This document shows positions 16,986 through 27,000 of a stretch of DNA of 64,000 nt, piece by piece. The notes below the pieces were generated by a model. It saw only the letters and a program-made list of their open reading frames with translations, did not search any database and had not been told where the DNA came from. Each line of letters opens with the position of its first letter. Within the stretch, counting starts at the first letter, position 1. The position numbers and the translations under genes were made by a program. This stretch comes from Thermoplasmata archaeon (GTDB lineage: Archaea > Thermoplasmatota > SW-10-69-26 > JACQPN01 > JAJPHT01), in the NCBI GenBank assembly GCA_034667685.1, contig JAXDQU010000033.1, forward strand, positions 1,769 through 65,768, read 5' to 3'.

Positions 16986-18773
16986 CTACCAGCAGCTGCC
17001 CTGGGTCACGACGCCGTTGCCCGCCGTGCGGGGGCCGACGTCGCCGCCCGTGGGGTTCTCGCTGGAGCCGCGGCCCGCCACGGTCGAGTCGTAGCACTGG
17101 ACGTCGCGGAGGTTGTACGCGTCACCCACGGTGCCCAGGAGGTCCGCGTGCGCGACCTTCTGGGGCGGGTCGAGGGTGAGGTCCATGTACCAGTCCGCGG
17201 GGTCGCAGTCCCAGCCGTTGGTCGGGGGCGCGCCGCCGCCGATGCCGTTGGTGCACCACTCCGTGCCGTACGTGCCCGCGCCGGGCGTCGAGACGCCGGA
17301 AGCGCCGGTGTAGGCGTAGAAGGTGTACCAGTGGATCGGGAAGAAGTCCAGCGTCGCGGTGGGCGGCGTGGTCGAGCGGTCGGTGACGACGCCGCCCGTG
17401 CTCGTGCCCGAGCCGGGGCCGACGGACCACAGGTTGCCGCCGACGCCCACGGTGTTGTAGACCTCGGGGAGACCCGCGTCGGCGGGCGTGCCGCACGCCT
17501 TGCCGGTCGCGCCCGCGCCGCAGCCGTTGATCGCCGTGCCCTGGCGGTTGTTCCAGGGGCGGAAGCCGAAGTTGAATCCGGCGCCGGTCTTGTAGGCCGT
17601 GTAGGGTGGGGCGATCTCGTCGTAGCTCTGGCGCTCGCCCACGGTGCCGTAGAAGTCCTGGCCGCCGTCGTCCGACGTCTTGCAGTCGTCCGTGGCGAAG
17701 AGCTCCTCGTGCGTCTCGTTGACGGTGCCGGGGACCGTGCCCTGCGGGTTCGTGTGGACGCCGCCGGGGGCGCGGATGCCGCGCTTGCCCGTGCCGCTGC
17801 CCTGGTTGTTCGTGTCCTGCAGGTACGTGGTCAGGTCGACGGCGGGGTCCGCGTTGCAGTCCTGCTCGCCCGAGACGATCGAGTTGCGGCTGTCGTCCGA
17901 GCCCGAGCGGTCGGGCGTGGAGACGGTGCCGTCGCCCATGCCGGGGACCGGGCGGTCCGCGGGGCCGCCGGGCGCGTAGTACGTGCTCGGCTCGGCCGTG
18001 CCGGCCACCGTGCCGGTCGGGTCCTCGGCCGCGAGGTCGTCGTGGACGGCGTCGCCCAGCGCGCCGCCGCAGTCCTCGTGGCGCATGATGCCGCCCGTGT
18101 GGCCCAGGTCGCCGTTGGCGAAGCCGCCGATGCAGCCGCCGCCGGTGGCGGAGCCCCAGTCGAACGTCGTGGGCTGGACGCCCTCGCCCCAGACCTTCGC
18201 GCTGAGGTCCGAGATGGTGCGGTAGTCCGTGCTGATGGCGTGGGCGTTGCCGAAGTTGTCCCGCGCGTACGCGATGGGGATCATCTCGGTGACCCAGCCG
18301 CTGGCCGAGTCGTAGTGGATCCTGCCCGCGTTGGCGGGCGCGTCGTTCAGGTCGGGGCAGATCGCCGGGTCGATGGCGTGGCCCGCCGCCGCGGAGACCT
18401 GCGCCTGGTACTCGCGCAGCGCGCCGTCCGCGAGGCCGATGTACCCGTCGTGGTTGCAGTCGACCCAGACGCCCATCTCGGCGTCGAAGCCGCCGTTGTT
18501 GAAGCCCGCGCCGTCGACCTGGACGCCGCCCTCCATGCGGGAGCCCAGGGTCGCCGAGTTGGGCGACACGTCGGACGAGATCTCGTCCGCCCAGACGTGG
18601 AAGTAGACCTTGTTGGTCTCCGTCGTCGGGGCGTTCTGCCACATCATGCCGCCGTCGCGGTCATAGTGGTTGTCCGGCTCCAGGCCGCCGTAGGCCGCCC
18701 ACGTGGCGAAGCCCGCGGGCATGATCATGACCGTCGCGATCGCGACGGCGCTCCAATTCAGAATCCTCCTCAC
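16986..18773 (-). CDS. Secreted Cys-rich protein, paralog 2 (595 aa)
   Basis: GTG at 18773 (VRRILNWSAVAIATVMIMPAGFATWA) preceded by GGGAGTG. Blocks shared with paralog 3: VWVDCNHDGYIGLADGALREYQ, ICPDLNDAPAN.G.IHYDSASGWVTE, GTVPGTVNETHEE.FATDDC, FRPWNNRQG.AINGCGAGATGK.CGTPADAGLPE, GTYGTEWC, NGWDCD.ADW. Confidence 0.75.
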   Translation of the reverse strand: MRRILNWSAVAIATVMIMPAGFATWAAYGGLEPDNHYDRDGGMMWQNAPTTETNKVYFHVWADEISSDVSPNSATLGSRMEGGVQVDGAGFNNGGFDAEMGVWVDCNHDGYIGLADGALREYQAQVSAAAGHAIDPAICPDLNDAPANAGRIHYDSASGWVTEMIPIAYARDNFGNAHAISTDYRTISDLSAKVWGEGVQPTTFDWGSATGGGCIGGFANGDLGHTGGIMRHEDCGGALGDAVHDDLAAEDPTGTVAGTAEPSTYYAPGGPADRPVPGMGDGTVSTPDRSGSDDSRNSIVSGEQDCNADPAVDLTTYLQDTNNQGSGTGKRGIRAPGGVHTNPQGTVPGTVNETHEELFATDDCKTSDDGGQDFYGTVGERQSYDEIAPPYTAYKTGAGFNFGFRPWNNRQGTAINGCGAGATGKACGTPADAGLPEVYNTVGVGGNLWSVGPGSGTSTGGVVTDRSTTPPTATLDFFPIHWYTFYAYTGASGVSTPGAGTYGTEWCTNGIGGGAPPTNGWDCDPADWYMDLTLDPPQKVAHADLLGTVGDAYNLRDVQCYDSTVAGRGSSENPTGGDVGPRTAGNGVVTQGSCW

Positions 18774-18843
18774 GCTGTTCACTCCCTGCCAAGGCTGCGC
18801 CACGCGGGCGAGACCCAAGCCACGCCGGAAGGCGCTTGGGGGG

Positions 18844-18851
18844 CGATAAGC
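18844..18851 (-). promoter_or_regulatory. TATA-like GCTTATCG 71 nt upstream of paralog 2 start
   Basis: Minus strand reads ccgaatGCTTATCGcccc. The equivalent ccgaagCCTTATCGgcccc lies 75 nt upstream of paralog 3. Confidence 0.35.
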
Positions 18852-18899
18852 ATTCGGTCCACGCCGCGGTGAAGTCTCGGGAGACCCGCTTCGCTTTCC

Positions 18900-18939
18900 A
18901 AAAAAGGTGGGGTGGGCGGCGCCGCGGGCGCCGCCCACC
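18900..18939 (-). terminator. Perfect 13-bp hairpin followed by T6 downstream of paralog 3
   Basis: GGTGGGCGGCGCC (18911-18923), loop gcg, GGCGCCGCCCACC (18927-18939). A6 at 18900-18905 gives T6 on the minus strand after the hairpin. It starts 13 nt after the stop at 18952. Confidence 0.6.
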
Positions 18940-18951
18940 AAGTCCTGTCGC

Positions 18952-20712
18952 CTAGGTACACGCCGGGCCGAGGGGCGTCACCGCGTCGAGGGCGTGCGGG
19001 CCCACGGCGGTGCCCGCGGCCGTCGCGAGCGTCGTGTCGTAGCAGTCCACGTCGCGGAACTGGTACGAGTCGCCCACGGTGCCCAGCAGGTAGTCGTTGG
19101 GCAGCTTCTGGCCGGTGGAGGGGTCGAGGTTCCAGTCCGCGCCGTCGCAGTCCCAGCCGTTCTCGCTGCTGGCACCCGAGCCGACGCCGTCGGCGCACCA
19201 CTCGGTGCCGTACGTGCCGGTGTTCGTCGGGAGCGAGAAGCCGCTCTCCGAGGTGAACGCGTAGAACGTGTACCAGTTCGCCGGGAAGGCGTTGGGCGTC
19301 ACGGTCGGGGGCGTCGTCGAGCGGTCGGAGCTCGCGCCGCCCACCGCGGGCGCCGTGCCCACGGTGCCCACGGACGTCCACTGGTTCTGGCCGCTGCCGT
19401 CGTAGCTGTAGGCCTCGGGGAGGCCCGCGTCGGCGGGCGTGCCGCACACCTTGCCGGTCGCGCCCGCGCCGCAGCCGTTGATCGCCGCGCCCTGGCGGTT
19501 GTTCCAGGGGCGGAAGACGAAGTTGTACTCCGCCGCGATCTTGCTCGTGGTGGAGGACGTGTCGGGGCCGCTGCCCTCGACGCCCACGCCGCCGGGCTGG
19601 TACGCGTCGTGGCCGTAGTCGTCGCCGGTGGAGCAGTCGTCCGTGGCGAAGACCTCCTCGTGCGTCTCGTTGACCGTGCCGGGCACGTTGCCGTTCGGGT
19701 TGACGGCGGGCGAGCCGGGCGCGCGGGGGCCGCGGTGGCCGTTGTTGCCGTTGCCCGCGTTGTTGAACACGGGGTCGAGCGCGCTGCCGGTGAGCGGGGC
19801 CGCGTTGCAGTCCTGCTCGCCCGAGACGAACGAGCTGCCGCTGCCGTCGGGGCCGCCCACGAGGGCGGGCGTCTTCTGGTCCGCCTGGCCGCCTTGCGCG
19901 TAGAGCGAGCTGGGCTCGGGCGTGCCGGCCACCGTGCCCGTCGGGTCGCTGCCCGCGAGCGCGTCGTGCGCCAGGTCGGCCGCGCTCCCGTCGAGGCAGT
20001 CGAGGTGCTGGGCGACGCCGCCCGTGTGGTGGAGCTGGCCCCCCTCGGCGTCGGAGCCGAAGAGCGTGGTGCACACGGCCGCCGTGGCGATGCTCGCGCC
20101 GGGCGCGACGTTGTCGCCCCACACCTTCGCCTGGACGTCGGAGATGGTGCGGTAGTCGGTCGTGATGGCCGTGGGGGGCTTGTTCTGCGCGTTGGGGACC
20201 TGGTAGCCGATCGGGATCAGCTCGGTGACCCAGCCGCTGGCCGAGTCGTAGTGGATCTTGCCCACGTTGGCCGGCGCGTCGTTGAGGTCGGGGCAGATCG
20301 TCAGGTCCACGGGGTGGCCCGCGGCGTCCGAGACCTGCTTCTGGTACTCGCGCAGCGCGCCGTCCGCCAGGCCGATGTACCCGTCGTGGTTGCAGTCCGT
20401 CCACTGGCCGAAGAGGCCCACGAAGGCCTCGCCGCCGGGGGACTCCAGGCGGTCGCCCAGCGTCCCCTCGTTGGGGGAAAGGCCGGGCGAGCCCAGGCCG
20501 CCGCCGGCGCCGGTGGCGGTGATGCCGTTGAAGACGTTGAAGTAGATGCGGTCCTTGGCGACGCCCGGGCCATCCGGGAACATGTAGCCGCCGTTGTGGT
20601 CGTAGCTCGTGTCGGGTTCGCTGCCGCCGTACGAGCCCCACGCCTGGACGCCCAGGGGAAGGACCATCGTGGCGGCCACGGCGAGGGCCGTGATCGTGAC
20701 AAGACTCTTCAT
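18952..20712 (-). CDS. Secreted Cys-rich protein, paralog 3 (586 aa)
   Basis: ATG at 20712 preceded by GGGAGTG. Signal MKSLVTITALAVAATMVLPLGVQA. Same conserved blocks as paralog 2, including the EF-hand/dockerin-like loop DCNHDGYIGLAD. Confidence 0.8.
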   Translation of the reverse strand: MKSLVTITALAVAATMVLPLGVQAWGSYGGSEPDTSYDHNGGYMFPDGPGVAKDRIYFNVFNGITATGAGGGLGSPGLSPNEGTLGDRLESPGGEAFVGLFGQWTDCNHDGYIGLADGALREYQKQVSDAAGHPVDLTICPDLNDAPANVGKIHYDSASGWVTELIPIGYQVPNAQNKPPTAITTDYRTISDVQAKVWGDNVAPGASIATAAVCTTLFGSDAEGGQLHHTGGVAQHLDCLDGSAADLAHDALAGSDPTGTVAGTPEPSSLYAQGGQADQKTPALVGGPDGSGSSFVSGEQDCNAAPLTGSALDPVFNNAGNGNNGHRGPRAPGSPAVNPNGNVPGTVNETHEEVFATDDCSTGDDYGHDAYQPGGVGVEGSGPDTSSTTSKIAAEYNFVFRPWNNRQGAAINGCGAGATGKVCGTPADAGLPEAYSYDGSGQNQWTSVGTVGTAPAVGGASSDRSTTPPTVTPNAFPANWYTFYAFTSESGFSLPTNTGTYGTEWCADGVGSGASSENGWDCDGADWNLDPSTGQKLPNDYLLGTVGDSYQFRDVDCYDTTLATAAGTAVGPHALDAVTPLGPACT

Positions 20713-20786
20713 GCGATTGCACTCCCAACGCAGGGTGGGATAGCCTCCTCCCGGTCCCGGCGCGCTCCGGCGAACGATCGAGGGGC

Positions 20787-20794
20787 CGATAAGG
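20787..20794 (-). promoter_or_regulatory. TATA-like CCTTATCG 75 nt upstream of paralog 3 start
   Basis: Conserved in sequence and spacing with 18844-18851 upstream of paralog 2. Confidence 0.35.
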
Positions 20795-21079
20795 CTTCGG
20801 CCGCCGGACGATCCCGGAGGTCCTCGTGAGCCCTAGGCGCGACGCGGAACCCCTCTGGCCGGCCGCCGTTTCCCCAAGCGTCATGGGGGGGTGCGACCGA
20901 CCGCCGCGCGGAGGAAGGACGCGCCCCTGCCACCGGCCTCGTTTCTACATGTCGAGCCTCATTCCACGGTCAAAGGGTGTGTCGCAAAACTCAAGAGGGG
21001 CCAACCCGTGGCCTCGGATTGCTGCCAGGGGCGGAGCGTCCACGTCCGTCCAGGTGGCGAAGCCTGAGGAGGCTGTGCA

Positions 21080-24000
21080 TTGAAGCGAGCCACTGCGCTG
21101 AAGGTCCTAGCTGGGACTCTTGCTCTGATCACGCTGGCGTCGGCGCTTCCCCTCGCGGTGTACCTGGAGAACCAGGCCGCGAAGGGCGCCACGTCCGGCG
21201 CCAGTCCCACTGACGAAGGAGCCCCCGACGCCACGGGTCCGCTCCCCTTCGGCCCCTCGGCCGGCACCGATCCCTCCTCGACGCCGCAGGCCCCCGCGGG
21301 CGGTCCCTCCTCCCTCCCGCCGGCCTCCGACGCCACCTTCTTCGCCGCGCGCCCCTCCTCCGCCGGCGGCACGGGCAGCCCCCTCGTGGACGAGATCCTC
21401 GGGGCCGCCCACACGATGGGCCTGAAGGACGTCCAGGTCCCCGCGCTGCCCACGCAGCAGCTTCCGGCGACGAACCCGCTGCGCTTCGCGATCGTCGCGT
21501 GGATCGCCGCGACCGGCTCGAAGGTCCCCGCGGACCAGCTCTCGACGCAGCTCGCGCAGGCCGACGCGCTCCCGCAGCCCTTGCAGAAGGACCTCGCGCT
21601 CGTGATCCTCAGCGCGGCGCAGGCCAGCATCCTCCAGCAGGTCGCGCTGGCGAAGCTCTCGCCCGCCGACGTCGCGTGGGTCTACGCGCACCCGGAGTTG
21701 GCCGACCAGCTCGCCAAGGGCGTCTCGACGCCCGACACGCAGCGGCTCGCGGCCCTCGCGGGCAAGGTCGACATGAAGTCCAGCCTGGAGGCCTCGCTCC
21801 TCGTCGTCGAGGCCGTCGAGGCCACGCGCGGCGACCTCGCGAGCTATCAAGCGAAGCACGTGCTCGAAGCCGCGCCGGCCCTCGCGCAGGACCCGAGCAC
21901 CGCGGCGCTGATCCGCCTGATCGCGTCCGCCAGCGGCGGGCTCTCCGACGCCGACAAGATCCGCCTCGCGGCGCGCATCGTCGCCACGAGCGCGCACCTC
22001 CCGGCGCCCGCGGAGCCCACGCCCATCGCGTCGTTCGCCGATGCCGTGCAGGGCCTCGTGAAGGCCTCCAGCATGGCGCCCGACCCGGCCGCGCTCTCCG
22101 CCGCGCTCGCCCGCGCCGACGCGCTTCCCGCCGACCTCCAGACCGCGCTCGCCACGATGGTGAGCGCCGAGTCGAATGCGATCAATGCGGCGAACCCGCA
22201 GCTCTACACGCCCACGGGCCGCCTCGACGCGCTCGTCGACGTCCTCATGGCGACGGCCTACGCGATGCCCACGCTGGAGAAGTACAACCTCTTCTGGCGC
22301 GACGCGCCCAGCGCGCTCCGCGTCGGGCAGTGGACGCCCGCGGCCGCCGCCGGCTACGCGCTCGAGGAGTCCGCGCTTCTGCTATCAGCGCGCGGCGACC
22401 CCGTCGCGGTCGCGCGCGCCGAAGGCTATCTCCACGGCGGAGGCCTCGTCTCGCCCACCATCCCCGCCCGCACGCTCACCGAGGCGTACGCCGCGCTCGA
22501 GGCGCAGGCGCGCCTGACGCCCGACGCGAAGGCGCTCGCCTCCGTCGACCAGGCCGCGGCCACGCTGGCGCCCGCCGTGCGCGACGCCGCCGCGATCATG
22601 ATGTCCGGCGCGGCCGAGAGCGCGCGTTACCAGCGCCTCGCCTTCGCCAACCTCACGCCGCAGGAGCAGGCGTGGCTCACCACGCAGACGCTCGGCCTCG
22701 ATGGCCTCTACGCGCAGGCCAGCCCCACGCAGGCCCAGCTCGACGCGCTCGCCCGCGCCTCGCTGCTCGCGGAGCGCGTCAACGCGACCGCGCTCGCCAA
22801 CGCCGAGGTCGTGGGCGTGATGGCCCTCGCGCAGGCGCGCCAGACGCTCGCCAGCGCCGGCTACGCCGCGCAGGCCGAGGACGTCCGCGCCGCGCCCACG
22901 ATCTGGGCGCGCCTCGCCGCGCTCCTGCCCGTGGGCAGCGCCAGCGCGCAGTCCGCCGCGTGCGTCGACCTCGGGTCGAGCATCCAGGTCGGCGTCGTCG
23001 ACAACGACTGCGCCAACGACGTCCTGCTGCGAATCCACCTGAGCGTGCTCCCCTCGTCGAGCAGCCCCGAGTGCGACGGCTCCTCGTGCTGGGCCCACTT
23101 CGGCGACGCCAACGACGAGGCGCTCGTCCTCCTGGGCACCGGGGGCTCCAACCTGATGCCCGAGACCGGCACGCGCTTCGAGTGCGCCGAGAGCCCCGCC
23201 TACGCGCAGGACCGCGCGGGCGGCGCCGCCATGTGCGCCGACGGCTCCTCCTTCCCCTCGCAGACCGTGCAGGTCCCGCGCTACGGCGCCGCGACGGTGC
23301 TGCTCGACCTGGGCGGCTCCGACACGTACGACCGCCCCGTGGCCGCCACGTCGGTCAACGCCACGCTCCCCGTCTCGCTCCACCTCGACATGGGCGGCTC
23401 CAACGTCTACCTCGACCCGACGAGCCTCTACGACGGCCGCGACCCGATGATCGTCGCCGTGGGCCGCGACGCGGGCATGCCCACCGAGGGCAGCGCCGAG
23501 TTCGGCGGCGTCGCCGTGCTCTTCGACGCGGACTCCGCCGCGAGCGACTCGTACACGGCGCGCACGCACGGCATCGGCTTCGGCCGCTTCGGCCTGGGCA
23601 TGGTCGTGGACCTGGGCGGCAACGACCTCTACGCCGGCGGCAACTTCACGCAGGGCGCCGGCTCGGAGGAGTACAACCTCGGCGGCGGCATCCTCCTCGA
23701 CGCGGGCGGCAACGACCGCTACGTGGCGACCGTGATCCGCGGCGCCGCGCAGGGCTACGGCCTGGGCGGCGTGCTGCTCGACGTGCAGGGCAAGGACTCG
23801 TACACCAACCGCCACGACCCGCTGGGCCTTCCCGCCTCGCGCCTCAACGTGCTCCCCGGCGGCGACCTCGGATCGCTCTCCTCGCGCGGCGACAACCGCG
23901 TCTGGATCGACGGCGACTCGGGCGTGAACGTCGGCCTCGGCCTCGACGAGGACGCCTCGACCGGCCCCAACCTCGGGCGCGGGCTCCCCGGCATCGAGGA

Positions 24001-27000
24001 CTTCGTCGCGCAGGAGCAGGGGCGCGTGGGCGCCATCGCGCAGGACTCCGACGGCGACACGTTCCCCGACTTCATCGAGAGCGCCTTCGGCACCGACCCG
24101 CACGGCGCGGCCTCGTACCCCGCGGGCTTCCCGCGCGGCCCGATCCTCGACCTCCCCCTCCAGGGCAACAGCGTCAACGACGACGGCGGCAAGGTCTCCA
24201 ACGACGCGCCCCCGGGCACGCCGGTGGGCTCCGACAAGATCGTGGACCTGCGCCTCCCCACCCACAACCTCGGCGGCCTCGACGGGGTCTGCCTGGGCCG
24301 CGAGCACCTGAACGCCTCGGGCCTGGACGGCTCGCTGGCCAGCGTCTCGGGCGGCACCCCCGTCTCGGACAACGTGGACGGCCAGGCCGCGGGCACCGAC
24401 CAGGGCGACACCCTCCACGGGCAGGACTGCGCCCCCACCTCGATCACGTTCGGCCCCAACGGCACGGGCTCCGACCAGAGCAACCAGGACAACTTCTCCT
24501 TCCAGCTTCCCACCGGCATCCTCGCCATCGGCGACTCGGTGGACACCACGTACTCCGTCGACTACCTCGTCGCGATCGACCTGGGCGGCAACGACCGGTT
24601 CCTCGACGTGGCCGGCGGCGCCACGCCCATCCTGACGACGCCCTCCGAGGCGACGGCCACGAGCAGCTCGATCACCGGCACGACCGTGAGCTATCAGCAG
24701 GCGTTCCTCGCGCCCACGCTCGCGATCAACGTCGATCCCTCGCTCGTCGTGCAAGCCATCCGCGACCCGCAGCCCGGCTGCGGCTGCGACGCCTACCTCC
24801 CGGCCAAGTCCACCGGCGGCGACTACTCGCAAGGCAGCATGTACGGCGTGCTCGTCGACACCGGCGGCAGCGACCGCTACTTCGCGCGCAACGTCAGCCA
24901 GGGCGCGGTGGGCGGCGTGCTGCTCGACCTCTCGGGCACCGACCTCTACTTCGCCAACAGCCTCTCGCAGGGCGCCTCGCTGGCGGGCTTCGGCACGGGC
25001 GTCAACGGCGCCACGGGCCTCCCCTCGGGCGACGGCCGCTTCCTGGGCAAGGACTCCGCGGACCGCCGCGCCGTGCCCGGCCTGCTCCTCGACGCCGCGA
25101 GCGCCTCCGACGCGCTGGGTGGAGCCAACTTCTTCCAGGCCGCCTCGAACAGCCAGGGCTTCGCGCGCGGCTTCCCGCTGGGCGCGGCGCTCAACACCGG
25201 CAGCGGCGGCGCGGGCCCCGCGAACAACACCGTCTGCGACCTCGACACGCAGGGCTTCGGCACGAAGGGCTCGGGGAGCTGCCAGCAGTCGCCCGACGCC
25301 GTGGGCCTCCTGATCTCCGCGGGCCCCAACACCTTTGATAGCTACGCGGGCCAGACGAAGGTCCAGGGCGTCGGCGGCGGCCGCGGACTGGGCGCCCTCT
25401 TCGACCTGGGCAGCACGGCCGACTCCTACGCCGCGCAGGGTGCCATCAGCCAGGGCGCCCCCCTGGGCGAGGCCACGTCCGCCGGCACGGGCATCTACGA
25501 CCCCGCGGGCAACGCGACCGAGCCGGGCGCCGGCCTCCTCGTGGACCTCGCCGGCGGCGCGGGCGGCAACGCCTACACGCTGGGCGCGCAGACGCGCGAC
25601 CGCGCGGGCCACGTGACCATCACCCGGGCCGACGCGCCCGTCTACGTCAGCCCCGGCGGCACGCAGGTGGGCGGCGCGCACCTCTACGACGACGTCGGCA
25701 TCGACGCCGACCTCAACGCCACGAGCGCCGACGCCAGCCACCCCACGGCCGCGGGCATCCTCCCCGCCATCTTCGGCGGCGACGTCCAGGGCTCCGCGGG
25801 CAAGCTGCTCGACATCCCGGCCGCGCGCCTCGCCATCGGCGACAGCACCGGCACGGCGTACAACGGCACGGACTACGCGCTCATCGTCGACCTGGGCGGC
25901 GCCAACGCGTACAACGACACCGGCGCGGGCTTCGTGGCCGACGCGCTCGCCAGCGCCGAGGCGCAGCCCTCCGGCCAGAGCTGCGTCGCGGCCGCGTGCG
26001 AGCGCCCCACGCTGAGCCTCTACCCCGTCTCGCTCCTTCTCGACGCGGGCTCCGCGGGCAGCTCGCACGTCGCCTCGCGCCCCCTTTCGCAGGGCGCCGG
26101 CTTCTTCAGCGTCGGCGTCCTCGCGGACCTCGGCGGCAACGACGCGTACTCCGTCGTCAGCTCGCCCCAGCTCTCGTTCGGCCTGGGCTGGGCGCCGCGC
26201 GTGCCCGTCTTCGACGGCAACGTCAACTACGGCCCTGGCGCCGAGTGGAACGCCACGCTGCGCAGCCGCAACGCGACGCAAGATGTTATCACCAGGCCGG
26301 CCGGCTCCACGCTCAACCTGACGAGCCTGCAGGACCCGCGCCTCGTCTCGCCCTTCAAGGTCACGATGGAGAACGACGGGCGCGCGCTCTACCTCGCGAT
26401 CGAGGGCCTCACGCGCAGCACCGCCGCCACGGGCGTCTCGGGCAGCGCGTACGGCAAGCAGGGCGACCGCCTCTCCGTTGATATCAACCCCGGCGCCACG
26501 CACGCCGTCTTCGACGCGGCGCTCAACCGCACGGGCCTGCTGCGCGTCGGCCTCAACATGCAGAACGACGGCTCGGCCTGCGCGCCGCCCATCGTCGAGG
26601 CGATGAACGTCACGCCCACCGGCCAGCTCTTCTCGCCCGACGCGGCCAGCGCGGTCATCGGGAAGTGCCGCGTCGCCAACGGGCGCTTCTACGCCGAGAT
26701 CGCGGTGCCGCTCCTTCCGGGCCTCACGCGCGACCCGCTCGCGCTCGCCTACACGCAGGACGCGGACGGCAAGCTCCACTACTGCGCGAACGTCCCGGGC
26801 TGCGTCGACGACGCCGCCTTCGCGGTCCGCCTGCAGTTCCACGAGAACGCGACGGGCAACGACTACGCCTGGCCCGCCGGCACCACCGACGTGGAGGGCG
26901 CGTTCAACGCCACCTCCAGCCAGCCCTCGAGCACGCCGCCGGGCAGCGTCGTCCCCTTCATGCTCGACTGGGCCACGGTCCAGCTCGCGCAGGCCGGCTC

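Noticed and set aside
20713-21079. The 367-nt divergent intergenic region as a possible ncRNA or riboswitch locus.
   Set aside because: I found no tRNA-like cloverleaf, conserved riboswitch core or strong terminator. It most simply holds the divergent promoters of paralog 3 and the giant operon. I could not pin down the operon promoter.
21499-25338. Alternative plus-strand ORFs inside giant gene 1 (e.g. 21499-25338, 1,279 aa), and the many 60-430-aa ORFs in both strands across 21-64 kb.
   Set aside because: Arg/Pro-rich off-frame translations of the same DNA, with no independent start signals.
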